Of a stretch of 64,000 bases of DNA, positions 38,502 through 52,477 are shown in pieces. Origin of the DNA: Phyllobates terribilis (lineage: Eukaryota); contig NW_027362761.1 of the NCBI RefSeq assembly GCF_046119375.1, forward strand, positions 334,862,001 through 334,926,000, read 5' to 3'. The translations under genes and the position numbers were made by a program. Position 1 is the first letter of the stretch. Every line of letters begins with the position of its first letter. The notes under the pieces were generated by a model. The model was not told the origin of the DNA. It saw only the letters and a list, made by a program, of their open reading frames with translations, and did not search any database.

Positions 38502-40128
38502 CAGTTATATGAAAAAGTTTGGGCACCTCTATTAATCTTAAGCTTAATGTTTTATAAAAATTGGTGTTTTTGCAACAGCTATTTCAGTTTGATATATGTA
38601 ATAACTGTTGGACACAGTAATGTTTCTGCCTTGAAATGAGGTTTATTGTACTAACAGAAAATGTGCAATCTGCATTCAAACAAAATTTGACAGATGCATA
38701 AGTATGGGCACCCTTATCATTTTCTTGTTTTAAATACTCCTACCTACTTTTTACTGACTTACTAAAGCACTTTTTTTGGTTTTGTAACTTCATTGAGCTT
38801 TGAACTTCATAGCCAGATGTATGCAATCATGAGAAAAGCTACTTAAAGTGGCCACTTGCAAGTTGTTCTCCTGTTTGAATCTCCTCTGAAGAGTGGCATC
38901 ATGGGCTCCTCAAAACAACTGTCAAATGATCTGAAAACAAAGATTATTCAACATAGTTGTTCAGGGGAAGGATACAAAAAGCTGTCTCAGTGATTTAACC
39001 TGTCAGTTTCCACTGTGAGGAACATAGTAAGGAAATGGAAGAACACAGGGACAGTTTTTGTTAAGGCCAGAAGTGGCAGGCCAAGAAAAACATCAGAAAG
39101 GCAGAGAAGAAGAATGGTGAGATCAGTCAAGGACAATCCTCAGACCACCTCCGGAGAGCTGCAGCATCAACTTGCTGCAGATGGTGTCACTGTGCATCGG
39201 TCAACTATACAACGCACTTTGCACAAGGAGAAAGAAGCCGTTTCTGCAAGCATGCCACAAACAGAGTCAGCTGAGGTATGCAAAAGCACATTTGGAGAAG
39301 CCAATTTCTTTCTGGAAGAAGGTCCTGTGGATTGATGAAACCAAGATTGAGTTGTTTGGTCATACAAAAAGGCGTTATGCATGGCGGCAAAAAAACACAG
39401 CATTCCAAGAAAAACACTTGCTACCCACAGTAAAATTTGGTGGAGGTTCCATCATGCTTTGGGGCTGTGTGGCCAATGCCGGCACGGGGAATCTTGTTAA
39501 AGTTGAGGGACGCATGGATTCCACTCAGTATCAGCAGATTCTTGACAATAATGTTCAAGAATCAGTGACAAAGTTGAAGTTATGCAGGGGATGGATCTTT
39601 CAGCAAGACAATGATCCAAAACACTGCTCCAAATCTACTCAGGCATTCATGCAGAGGAACAATTACAATGTTCTGGAATGGCCATCCCAGTCCCCAGACC
39701 TGAATATCATTGAACATCTGTGAGATCATTTGAAGAGGGCTGTCCATGCTCGGCGACCATCAAACTTAACTGAACTGGAATTGTTTTGTAAAGAGGAATG
39801 GTCAAAAATACCTTCATCCAGGATCCAGGAAATCATTAAAAGCTACAGGAAGCGACTAGAGGCTGTTATTTTTGCAAAAGGAGGGTCTACTAAATATTAA
39901 TGTCACTTTTCTGGTGAGGTGCCCATACTTATGCACCTGTTAAATTTTGTTTGAATGCAGATTGCACATTTTCTGTTAGTACAATAAACCTCATTTCAAG
40001 GCAGAAACATTACTGTGTCCAACAGTTATTACATATATCAAACTGAAATAGCTGTTGCAAAAACACCCATTTTTATAAAACATTAAGCTTAAGATTAATA
40101 GGGGTGCCCAAACTTTTTCATATAACTG
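38502..40128 (+). mobile_element. Young Tc1 (DD34E), copy 3
   Basis: TA|CAGTTATATG ... CATATAACTG|TA; 1627 bp, i.e. 23 bp shorter than copy 2. Confidence 0.97.
38901..39900 (+). pseudogene. Tc1 transposase with TGA at codon 31, a 23-nt deletion and Trp282 to TGA
   Basis: TGA 38991-38993, deletion near 39231, TGA 39721-39723, TAA 39898-39900. Confidence 0.92.
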
Positions 40129-40919
40129 TATCTATAAAGAGGATAAAAAAAAGGGTGATGACCAGATGAATACAAGAGACGGATCAATTATGGATATATA
40201 GATATCATTTCTGGTGAGAATCGTCTTTATTTACCCTATGTAGGCAGTAGATGGTTCATCAGTAGTGTTGAGCGAGCACTAAAATGCTCGGGTGCTCAAA
40301 GCTCGGGCCGAGCTCACCGTGATACTCTGGTGCTCGACCCGAGCAACGAGCCCAATGTTAGTCTATAGGACACCCGAGCATTTTTGCAGCAGCACCCCCG
40401 GCAGTCTTTTAAAAGCCTAACAAGTGTCCAAAACGATAGTTACAGTGCTCAAATGACATGGGGACAGCATGGGGATCACCCCAGGAAGCATTTCTGACCC
40501 CCAGGTCACTGCTGTCAACAACTTGGTCAGAGGTATTAAGCCACTTTTATGGGCTCACAATAAAACGTTCAAAAACGAAACTGAAACTGCTTTAGTGTGA
40601 AATATGTTAAGGGAGTTCCTTTCCAGAGTAAAGACTTGTGTATAAGGTAAAATAAATAACCCCCCCAAAAAATACTCCTCCACACCTTGGGCTATGTTCA
40701 CAAGTAGCATTTTTTATGCGTTTTTGCCCTTGTGTATTGCTTTCAACCGTGACAAATGCATTCACCGGGAAATGTAATTTTAACATTTTGCAACCTTATC
40801 TGGCCATGTGCTGTGTGACACTTGCATACAGTGCTGAAAAGACATGGGAACAGCATGGGGAAGACCCCTGGAAGCATCTCTGACACCCAGGTCACTGCCT
40901 AAAAGTGTGCCCATCAGAA

Positions 40920-42410
40920 GTCATCCTTGCCGCATCAGAAGATGCAGACTTGCAACTATCCCGGTGCAAGTTCTTGTCCCAGGGCAGTGTTCAATTGTAC
41001 CTCCCCCATTCCTTGCAATACAAGCGCAAATATGCAGCCTGCCACCCACCCACCCCCAGGCTGCAATACCATACTGCTTGCTTGCACTTGAAATTGGGCC
41101 TTTTAGGCATGTGGAGCAGAATCTGGCCACCACATCATGGCTGCATTGGCGGCCTGGAATCCATACTCAGTCCCCAGCCACCCGGCGGCCGGGTGTCCAC
41201 ACTCGGTCCCCAGCTGCCATGCGGCCGGGTGTCCACACACAGTCTCCAGCCGCCTGGGGGAAGCTGGGTGTCCATAAACGGTCCCCAGCCACCCCTATTT
41301 CTCCTTGGAACATCCCCCCACACACTTTTCTTAGCCCGGCCTGCTTTAAGGCAGCATTGGACAAGCCCACCAGAGAACCAGACTCCTCCGGTGGGCCCTG
41401 GCTTCTCCATCAGGGGAGTTGAGAGTGCCAAGGTGAGGAGCATGATGATGATGATAGAAGTTAGCATCTGCTTTGTTTTCTTTTAATGCAAGCGTAAGTG
41501 TGCAGCCTGCCACCCACCCACCCCCAGGCTGCAATGCCATACTGCTAGCTTGCACTTGAAATGGGGCCTTTTAGTTTGGAGGAGGCTGAAGCTGGCCACT
41601 ACCTCATGGCTGCTTCGGCAGCGAGGTATCCATACTCAGTCCCCAGCCGCCCCTATTTGTCCCGGTGTGCCTTATACATAAAATTAAGCGTGCATACCAA
41701 AACATTACCTGTGCCCTCCCCAGTGCATTTAGTGGGAAGGACAGCCTATTCCGCTGTACTGTGTGCATACCAAACCCCTGTTCATGGTACATGCGAAGAT
41801 GCCTCCCACCCTGCACCTGTCGTTGCAGACTTGCAACTATCACCGTTCAAGTCCTTGTCCCAGGGCAGTGTTCAATTGTACCTCTCCCATTCTTTGCAAT
41901 GCAAGCGCAAGTATGCAGCCTGCCACCCACCCCCAGGCTGCAATACCATACTGCTTGCTTGCTTGCACTTGAAATTGGGCCTTTTAGGCATGTGGAGGTG
42001 GAATCTGGCCACCACGTCATGACTGCATTGGCGGCCTGGAATCCATACTCAGTCCCCAGCCGCCCAGCGGCCGGGTGTCCACACTCGGTCCCCAGCCGCC
42101 AGGGGGCGGCCGGGTGTCCATACTCAGTCCCCAGCCACCCCGCGGCCGGGTGCCAACACACGTTCCCCAGCCGCCTGGGAGCAGCCGGTTGTCCATAAAC
42201 GGTCCCCAGCCGCCCCTATTTCTCCTTGGAACATCCCCCCACACACTTTTCTTAGCCTGGCCTGCTTTAGGGCAGCATTGGACGAGCCCACCAGAGAACC
42301 AGACTCCTCCGGTGGGCCCTGGCTTCTCCATCAGGGGAGTTGAGAGTGCCAAGGTGAAGACCATGATGATGATGATACAAGTTAGCATCTGCTTTGTTTT
42401 CTTGGAATGC
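40920..42410. repeat. ~600-bp direct duplication with an internal GC-rich ~33-bp minisatellite
   Basis: 40920-41560 resembles 41800-42410; units cagtccccagcc...gggtgtccacact. Confidence 0.75.
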
Positions 42411-43810
42411 AAGCACATGTATATAGTAGCGGCTAGGCCTGAGGTGGTCAGCATTTTGGCGCATATCCTACCTCCTCCGAAGATTGCTGGATGTTTTCCT
42501 GCTACTATCCCAGTTCTATGACTCCCATTAAAACAAAGCTTCAGGTGATAAATGATGGATGAGGTAGTGGCAAAGGAGAAAGAGCAGGAGGAACAGGGAC
42601 CATTCACATCAATATCAGGCCAGTCAACCACATATGTCTTGTAGGATATGTTTCTGTAACAAAAGGAGCGGTTCGGCTACACAGTTATAGGGCATACAGT
42701 GAGTGCAATGCCTACCAAAAATTTTGAGGCACTCCAATGCCCCTTGGAAATGACATGGAGGTCAGAGGGCCTTAACTAAACCGTTTTTTCCATTTATAGC
42801 AACTGGGTCTCCTGTACACTGTTGGCCTAAGCAGTGAATGGAAGGCTTTCCAAAAATTATGAGTAACAGCAATGCCCCTTGAAACAGACGTGGATTACAG
42901 CGTACTAAAATCCTTTTACCCATTATTGGGGAGTGGGTCTCCCTTAGTTTTCGCCTTTGCATTGAAAAGCAACAGCTGACTAAAAGGAAATGCAATGCCC
43001 GTTGGAAGAGTCATGGAGGTTAGAGGTAATTAAAAACAATATTTCAATGCCTCTTAGAAGAGCTGTGGAGTTCAGAGTCGCTTAAGAAGACGCTTTTAAT
43101 GCCCCTTTGAAGAGACGTGGAGGTCACAGTAGCTTAACAAGACGGTTTTAATGCCCCTCGGAAAAGATGTGGAGGTCCCAGTAGCTTAACAAGACGGTTT
43201 GAATGCCCCTTGGAAGAGACGTGGAGGTCACAGTAGCTTAACAAGACGCATTTAATGTCCCTTCCAAGAGCCATACAGTACAGCATATTACAAACATTAT
43301 TCCCATTATTGGGGAGTGTGTCTCCCATAGTCTTTGCTTATGCCTTCCAAGCAAAAGCTGCCAAAAATTAGGACGGAGGAACTTGCAATGCCTTTACAAG
43401 AGCCATGCAGTACAGCATATTACAAACATTATTCCCATTATTGGGGAGTGTGTCTCCCATAGTCTTTGCTTATGCCTTCCAAGCAAAAGCTGCCAAAAAT
43501 TAGGACGGAGGAACTTGCAATGCCCCTTACAAGAGCCATGCAGTACAGCATATTACAAACATTATTCCCATTATTGGGGAGTGGATCTCCCATAGTATTT
43601 GCTTATGCCTTCCAAGCAAACGCTGCCAAAAATAAGATGGAGGAACTTGCAATGCCCCTTACAAGAGCCATGCAGTACAGCATATTACAAACATTATTCC
43701 CATTATTGGGGAGTGGGTCTCCCATAGTATTTGCTTATGCCTTCCAAGCAAAAGCTGCCAAAAATTAGGACGGAGGAACTTGCAATGCCCCTTACAAGAG
43801 CCATGCAGTA

Positions 43811-45493
43811 CACTCCCTGACAGAAGTTATGTCGCTTATCCATGTTATGTAAATAAAAGCTTATAACCTGACATTAAATTCATCCATTGGTTTTATAAAT
43901 TACTCTTTTGAAAGCAGAAACCCTCCCAAATTTGGTTTCGGTTAAGAAAATAAATTGGCATCAATGCTGAAATATTGATCATTTAATGAACACAGAATGG
44001 TCAGATTTTGGCAAGACAAAAGTTTTCTCGCCTGGTCATATAATGCACCCAATCCTAGTTTACATCCTCACCAGTGCTCAGTAAATGATCGGTTAATTAG
44101 TGGGTGTGTATAAAAAGAAACCCAGCACCCCAGACCTTCACTTGAACTGCAACTTGAACTCTGACAAAATGCCAAAAATCCACCCTGCGACCAAAGCCGT
44201 GATTATCAAGAGGCTGAAGACCAGATCCACTGCAGAGGTGGCTGGCACACTTTAATGTGTCTCAGCATCAAGTACAAAGAATTAAAAAAAATTTGAAGAG
44301 ACTGGAGATGTGTTTGACAAGCCCAGGTCCGGCAGACCCCACAAGACAACTGCTCAGGAGGAAAGTTTGTTGGTTAGAAAATCCAAAGCAAGCCCCTCTT
44401 CCACTGCAGCAGAGCTCCAACAGGCCTGGTCACCTCAAGTCCCTGTGTCAACTACAACAGTTTGTAGGATTCTGTCTCGAAATGGCCTCCATGGTCGAAT
44501 CAGTGCCCAGAAGCCAGCACTAAACAAAAGGCAAATAAAAAACCGTGTGGCATTTGCAATGTCCCACAGCCTGCTAAACAGATGGACACTGGAAAAGTGG
44601 CAGAAGGTGGATTTCTCTGATGAATCTTCAGTAGAATTACACCACAGCCGCCGCAAATACTGCAGGAGACCTACTGGAGCCCGTATGGATCCAAAATACA
44701 CCCAGAAAACAGTTAAATTTGGTGGTGGAAAGATCATGGTCTGGGGTTACATTCAGTATGGGGGTGTGCGAAACATTTGCAAGGTGGAAGGCAATATCAA
44801 TAGCCTAAAATATCAAGAAGTATTAGCTACCTCTTACATTCCAAATCATAAAAGGGGTCAAAATCGGCAGCAGGATGGTGCTCCATCTCATCCATCCATC
44901 TCTACAAAAAAGTTCCTCCAGGCAAAAAAGATCAAGGTGCTCAAGGACTGCCCAGCCCAGTCACCAGACATGAACATCATTGACTATGTTTGGGGTAGGA
45001 TGAAAGAGGAAGCTTGGAAGACAAAACCAAAGAATCTAGATGAACTTTGGGAGGCATGTAAGACTGCATTCATTGCTATTCCTGATGACTTCATTAATAA
45101 ATTGTATGAATCATTGTTAAACCGCATGGATGCAGTCCTTCAAGCTCATGGAAGTCACACAAAATATTAAATATGACTCTAATAGCACCACAACTTCATT
45201 CACAAATGTTATACGACATATATATGTATTTTAAGATAATTATTTGTTTGAATATCACATTACTTTCTGTGGGCGACAAAACTTTTGTCTTGCCAAAATC
45301 TGACCATTCTCTATTCATTAAATGATCAATATTTCAGCATTGATGCCAATTTATTTTCTTAAGCGAAACCAAATTTGGGAGGGGTTCAGCCTTCAAAAGA
45401 GTAATTTATAAAACCAATGGATGAATTTAACGTCAGGTTATAAGCTTTTATTTACATAACATGGATAAGCGACATAACTTTTGTCAGGGAGTG
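43811..45493 (+). mobile_element. Tc1-superfamily element of DD35E type (Traveler-like)
   Basis: TA|CACTCCCTGACAGAAG ... TTTTGTCAGGGAGTG|TA with ~210-bp TIRs, inserted at the TA of gcagTAcagc in the satellite. Confidence 0.9.
44169..45170 (+). pseudogene. DD35E-type transposase, 5' frameshifts, third catalytic residue D
   Basis: FSDES; second D at 44874 and GAC at 44982, so 35 residues lie between them. Confidence 0.85.
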
Positions 45494-48400
45494 TACAGCA
45501 TATTACAAACATTATTACCATTATTGGGGAGTGTGTCTCCCATAGTCTTTGCTTATGCCTTCCAAGCAAAAGCTGCCAAAAATTAGGACGGAGGAACTTG
45601 CAATGCCCCTTACAAGAGCCATGCAGTACAGCATATTACAAACATTATTCCCATTATTGGGGAGTGAGTCTCCCATAGTATTTGCTTATGCCTTCCAAGC
45701 AAAAGCTGCCAAAAATTAGGACGGAGGAACTTGCAATGCCCCTTACAAGAGCCATGCAGTACAGCATATTACAAACATTATTCCCATTATTGGGGAGTGA
45801 GTCTCCCATAGTATTTGCTTATGCCTTCCAAGCAAAAGCTGACAAAAATTAGGATGGAGGAACTTGCAATGCCCCTTACAAGAGCCATGCAGTACAGCAT
45901 ATTACAAACATTATTCCCATTATTGGGGAGTGTGTCTCCCAAAGTCTTTGCTTATGCCTTCCAAGCAAAAGCTGCCCAAAATTAGGACGGAGAAACTTGC
46001 AATGCCCCTTACAAGAGCCATGCAGTACAGCATATTACAAACATTATTCCCATTATTTGGAGTGGGTCTCCGATAGTATTTGCTTATGCCTTCCAAGAAA
46101 AAGCTGCCAAAAATTAGGATGGAGGAATTTGCAATGCCCCTTACAAGAGCCATGCAGTACAGCATATTACAAACATTATTCCCATTATTGGGGAGTGTGT
46201 CTCCCATAGTCTTTGCTTATGCCTTCCAAGCAAAAGCTGCCAAAAATTAGGATGGAGGAACTTGCAATGTCCTCTACAAGAGCCATGCAGTACAGCATAT
46301 TACAAACATTATTCCCATTATTGGGGAGTGGGTCTCCCATAGTATTTGCTTATGCCTTCCAAGCAAAAGCTGCCAAAAATTAGGAGGAAATGCAATGCTC
46401 GTTCGAAGAGTCGTGGAGGTTAGAGTTAATTAAAAACAACCTTTCAATGCCCCTTGGAAGAGCTGTGGAGTTCAGAGTGGTTTAACAAGAAGCTTTTAAT
46501 GCCCCTTGGAAAAGTGGTGGAGGTCGCAGTAGCTTAACAAGACGGTTTGAATGCCCCTTGGAAAAGTGGTGGAGGTTGCAGTAGCTTAACAAGATGCTTT
46601 TAATGCCTCTTCCAAGAGCCATATAGTACAGCATCTTAAAAATATTATTCCCATTATTGGGGAGTGGGTCTCCCTCAGTCTTTGCTTATGCCTTCCAAGC
46701 AAAAGTTGACAAAAATAAGGATGGAGGAACTTTCAATAATGGCAACACGGACCACGGTCACCCTGGTGGTATAGTGGTGGTGACGGCTGAGGATAAGGAG
46801 AAGAACATAAAACAGCCGAAATGAGGAAGCGTATACCCATGTGTGGATGTGAAGCGGTGCATGTGAATACACCTCCCGAAATAACACAGTGGATTTGACT
46901 TTATGTTACTCTGCTGTCATTTGGTGGTGATGAGAAGTCTGGCCCAATCCAGCCCTTGTTCATTTTGATAAGGGTCAGCTTGTCAGCATTGTTAGTTGAC
47001 AGGCGAGTGCGCTTATCAGTTATAATTCCCCCAGCGGCACTAAAAACACACTCCGATAACACGCTAGCGGCAGGGCAGGCCAGGACCTCCAAGGCGTACA
47101 GAGCGAGTTCATTCCAAGTGTCCAGCTTGGATTCCCAATAATTAAAAGGCACAGAGGAATCACGGAGGACGCTGGTACGGTCGGCAAGGTACTCCCTCAC
47201 CATCCTTTCAAACTTTCCACTCCTTGTGAGAGTACCCTGCGACTCAGGGCCTGTAAGCTGGGCGGGTCTCAGAAAACTGTCCCAGAACATTGACAGTGTT
47301 CCCCTGCCTCTGCTGGATTGGAGTTGCCTCTCTCTCGCTTGTACGCCTTGGTTGGTCAATGAACTGTGACCTCTGCCGCTAGCGTGTTAAGATGGGAATT
47401 TTTTTAACAGTTCTGCAGCAAGGGCCTTCTGGTACTGCCCCATTTTTGTAGACCTCTCCACCTCAGGAATAAGAGAGTGAAAGTTCTCCTTGTAGCGGGG
47501 GTCTAAAAGTGTCACCAACCAGTAATGACTGTCACCCAACATTTTGACAAGCCGAGGGTCACGGTTAAGGCAGAGTAACATGAAGTCAGCCATGCGTGCC
47601 AGACTGGTAATGGGCAAGACTTCCATGTCCTCACCAAGATGACGACTGACCATGCTCTCCTCCTCCTCCTCCCCCCTGTCCTCAGGCCACACACGCTGAA
47701 CCGAAGGTATGACAGTTGTACAGGTACTACCGTCTACAGCGCATGATACAAGCTCCTGTTCTTCCTCCTCCTCCTCCTCCTCCTCTCCCTCATTGTCGCC
47801 CAATGCACGTTGGGATGAGATGAGGCTGGGCTGTGTGTTATCGACCGCTACGGCTTCTTCATCCATCTCATCATACTCTGGCTGCAATGCCTCCTCTTTA
47901 ATTCTCTGCAGAGAGCATTGCAAAAGACAGACAAGTGGAATGCTGACTAGTGTTGAGCGATACCTTCCGATATCAGGAAATATCGTATCGGATTGGATCG
48001 GACCGATACCCAAAAAGTATCGGATATCGCCGATTCCGATACCGGAAACCAATGCAAGTCAATGGGACACAAATATCGGAATGAAAATAAACCCTTTCTT
48101 TCCTTGTAGGTTAATTCTACATGAAGTAAAACAACTAAGAATAATGTAGAATGTATTACGCGAAAAGCCGGCAATTCATCAGCGGCATACACCGGTGCCC
48201 GACAATTTACAACAGAAAGAATAGAGCTTCACACATAGATTAGATAGATAGAAACATGTCAGTCACATATATATGAAGTACAGTGACAGTGTTGCTTACT
48301 GTACTTGTCATTTAGTGTAAAGGATTTATTTAAAAAAATAATTGTGTTTTCATGCACTGTCTCTTTAAAAAAGCCGGCCGGCAATTCAGCATCTGTACCC

Positions 48401-49069
48401 GACAATTTATAACAGACAGAATAGAGCTTCACACATAGATTAGATAGATAGAAACATGTCAGTCACATATATAGGAAGTACAGTGACAGTGTTGATTACT
48501 GTACTTGTCATTTAGTGTTAAAATAAAGGATTTATTTAAAAAAAATTGGCGTGGGGTTCCCCTTAATTTTAGTCTCTAGCGGAGGTTAAACAGATGGCTG
48601 GGGCAGATGTTTGAAGCCTGGGAAGGGGGTAATACCCACGGAGCTTCCCAGGCTACTAATATGAGCCCCCAGCTGAATACCTAGCCTTTACTAGCTATTA
48701 AAATGGGGGACCCCCTCAAAAAAATGACGTGGGGTCCCCCCTAATTTAATAGCTAGCAAAGGCTAGGCAGACAGCTGGGGGCTGATATTAATAGACCAGG
48801 AAGGGTGCCATGAATATTGGCCCCCTCCCCGGCTAGAAACACCAGCCGTCAGCCGCCCCAGAAATGGCACATCCATAGGATGCACCAATTCTGGCACTTA
48901 GCCTCACTCTTCCCACTGCCCTGTAGCGGTGGCAGTGGGGTAATAGGGTTGGGGTTGATGTCAGCTTATAATGCCAGCTGACATCAAGCCCAGGTTAGTA
49001 ATGGAGAGGCGTCTATAAGACACCCCCATTACTAACCCCATAGTCAAAGTTAAAAAAAAAAACACAAAC

Positions 49070-49945
49070 ACCCAGAATAAAGTCCTTTAATTGAAATAAA
49101 CACACAATTCTTTATTGTTCTAAATTAAACTCTACTTACCATCACGCCCATTCCAGCTGAAGCCAACGATCTCCTGCAATAAAAGAAAAATAATAAAGCA
49201 ACCTCATCCTTACCTTTCCATGGTTCCCAGGACAGCATCAGCTCTGCTACATCGAGATGACAGGCTGGACCGCAGCAGAATGCTGCCATCCAGCCTGTCA
49301 TCCCGCAGACACTGAGAAGTGCAGGCATGCTTGCGCTCCTCAGTGTCTCTCTGTGACGGCATCCAGATGAGCCGAGGTCATGTCCAATGAACTCAGCTCA
49401 CCTCATGCACGTCACTGACAGCGTGGGAGAATTCTCCTGCACTCAGCGCTTCAGCGTGAGAATTTTCCCACGCTGTCAGTGACGTGCATGAGGTGAGCTG
49501 AGTTCATTGGACATGACCTCACCTCATTCACGTCACTGACAGCGTGGGAAAATTCTCACGCTGAAGCGCTGAGTGCAGGAGAATTTTCCCACGCTGTCAG
49601 TGACGTGCATGAGGTGAGCCGAGTTCATTGGACATGACCTCGGCTCACCTTTATGCCGTCACAGAGAGACACTGAGGAGCGCAAGCAAGCCTGCGCTTCT
49701 CAGTGTCTGCGGGATGACAGGCTGGATGGCAGAGTTCTGCTGCGGTCCAGCCTGTCATCTCGATGTAGCAGAGCTGAAGCTGTCGTGGGAACCATGGAAA
49801 GGTAAGGATGAGGTAGCTTTATTATTTTTCTTTTATTGCAGGAGATCGTTGGCTTCAGCTGGAATGGGCGTGATGGTAGGTATAGTTTAATTTAGAACAA
49901 TAAAGAATTGTGTGTTTATTTCAATTAAAGGACTTTTTTCTGGGT
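49070..49945. repeat. ~880-bp near-perfect palindrome with two internal ~140-bp hairpins
   Basis: Arms match as reverse complements from cacccagaataaagtcc to ggacttttttctgggt. Confidence 0.9.
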
Positions 49946-50099
49946 ATTTTTTTTTTTTAAATACTTTACTAGAAATTCATGGTGGTCATGTCTAATATTG
50001 GCGTGACCCCATGAATTTCGGGCTTAGGGCCAGCTGATAATGCCAAGCTGGCCTTAACCCCTTTATTACGCAGTGAGCCACCGCACTAGGGCCCTGGAT

Positions 50100-50990
50100 G
50101 AGTTGGGTACAGCGCCAGAAGATGGCGCTTCTATGAACGCGCCATTTTCCGGGGTGGCTGCGGACTGCAATTTGCAGCGGGTGGGGCCCAGAAAGCCTGG
50201 GCCTCCCTGCGCTGCAGATTCCAGCCCCCAGCTGCCTAGTTGTACCTGGCTGGACACAAAAATAGGGCGAAGCCCCACGTACTTTTTTTTTAATTATTTC
50301 ATGAAATTCATGAAATAATTAAGAAAAAAAGGGCTTCCCTATATTGTTGTGTCCAACCAGGTACAAATAGGCAGCTGGTGGTTGGGGGCAGCCCGTTCCT
50401 GCCTGCTGTACCTGGCTGGACACAAATATAGTGCGAAGCCCCACGTCAATTTTTTTTAAATTATTTCATGAAATAATTTTTTAAAAAAAGGGCTTCCCTA
50501 TATTGTTGTGTCCGGCCAGGTACAAATAGGCAGCTGGTGGTTGGGCGCAGCCCGTTCCTGCCTGCTGTACCTGGCTGGACACAAATATAGGGCGAAGCCT
50601 CACATAAATTTTTTTTTAATTATTTCATGAATTTCCTGAAATAATTAAAAAAAAATTGACGTGGGGCTTCGCACTATATTTGTGTCCAGCCAGGTACAGC
50701 CGGCAGGAACGGGCTGTGCCCAACCACCAGCTGCCTATTTGTACCTGGCCGGACACAACAATATAGGGAAGCCCTTTTTTTCTTTATTATTTCATGAATT
50801 TCATGAAATAATTTAAAAAAAAAATACATGGGGCTTCTCCCTATTTGTGTGTCCAGCCAGGTACAACTAGGCAGCTGGGGGATGGAATCTGCAGCGCAGG
50901 GAGACCCAAGCTTTCTGCCCCCCCCCCGGTGCAAATTGCAGTCCGCAGCCACCCCGGAAAATGGCGCGTTCATAGAAGCTGGATGCTGTA
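50100..50990. repeat. Second large inverted repeat built from ~140-bp duplicated units
   Basis: 50120-50600 versus 50640-50975 in inverted orientation. Confidence 0.8.
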
Positions 50991-52477
50991 CCTGGCTGGC
51001 ATACAAAAATATGGCAAAGCCCACGTCAAAATTTTGGGGAAAAATTAATTAAAAAATAAATAATAATTTAGGGACTGCATCTTTATTAACTCCTCAAATG
51101 TGATTTAGTGTTAAAATAAAGGATTTATTTAAAAAAAATTGGCGTGGGATCCCCCATAATTTTAGGCTCTAGCGGAGGTTAAGCAGACGGCTGGGGCAGA
51201 TGTTTGAAGCCAGGGAAGGGGGTAATACGCACGGAGCTTCCCAGACTACTAATATCAGCCCCCAGCTGAATACCTAGCTTTTACTAGCTATTAAAATGGG
51301 GGACCCCCCAAAAAAAATGACGTGGGGTACCCCCTATTTAATAGCTAGCAAAGGCTAGGCAGACAGCTGGGGGCTGATATTAATAGCCCAGGAAGGGTGC
51401 CATGAATATTGGCCTCCTCCCAGTCTAGAAACACCAGCCGTCAGCCGCCCCAGAAATGGCGCATCCATAGGATGCGCCAACTCTGGCACTTAGCCTCGCT
51501 CTTCCACGCTGCCCTGGTGCGGTGGCAGGGGGTAATAGGGTTGGGGTTCATGTCAGCGCCAGCTGCCATGAAGCCCAGGTTAGTAATGATGGGCGCCTAT
51601 AAGACACCCCCATTACTAACCTACAAAGTGTTAAAAAGAAAAAACACACTACACCCAGAAAAAAATAATTTATTTGAAATAAAACACACAATTTTATTTA
51701 ATTCTTAGTTTACTTAAAAAAAAATAGTTACCTGTCCACGTTCCTGTGCTGAACTCTCATGCACAGCTGTCACATCTGGAGATGGTGACAGATGTGCATG
51801 GCTGCTGTAAGCTCACACTGCCGGGAACACGTCCGCTCCCGGCAGCGGGAGCCACTGACTGAGGTCACCGGAGTGCATTCAGGCAGCGCAGCTCCGGAGA
51901 CCTCCTTTACGGCACTGCTGTACCGTGGGAATTTCTCACGATACATCAGGGCCGTAAAGGAGCTAACCGGAGCAGCGCTGCCTGAACTCCGGCGAACCCG
52001 CTTATGCAATGACGGGGCTGCTTTACGGCCCCATCATTCTAGCGGCGGCAGCGGTTCAGAGCGGTCACATTCTATGTGGCTGCTCTAAACTGGAGATCAT
52101 CGTGGGACACTCGTGGACTACTACGGAGGGGTAAGGATAAGGTTGTGGTTTATTATTTTATATTTTATTACAGGAGATCGATGGCTTCGGGGAATTAGGT
52201 GTCTAGGTGAGTATAGGTGTAGTTTTTTATTTTTTACTTTATTTTAGGTGGCGATCGGCGGGGACAGGTAATGTATGAACTAATTTATTGTAGGCAACCA
52301 CTGGCCACCAATGAAATGTATTTAAAATTTATTGGGGACACAGCAGGGCAATTTAAATAGCAGGATCAGGCTGATGGGAACTACTGCTCCCATCGAGCTG
52401 ATCCTGCTGCCACGAGTGTACGGGGGACAGACATAGGCCGATGGGAGTAGTAGTGTCACATTGGCCTATGTCTGCCT

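Larger units (their letters stand above)
43267..46385. repeat. 132-133-bp tandem satellite (~11 units) interrupted by a Tc1
   Basis: Unit starts (agagcc) at 43267, 43399, 43532, 43664, 43797, then 45615, 45748, 45881, 46014, 46146, 46279. Confidence 0.95.

Noticed and set aside
40844-42631. Several 100-200-aa ORFs on both strands
   Set aside because: They arise from GC-rich duplicated and minisatellite sequence inside the hAT; no domain motifs.
43267-46385. Possible CRISPR-like array
   Set aside because: Units are contiguous near-identical 133-mers with no unique spacers, there are no cas genes, and the context is eukaryotic.
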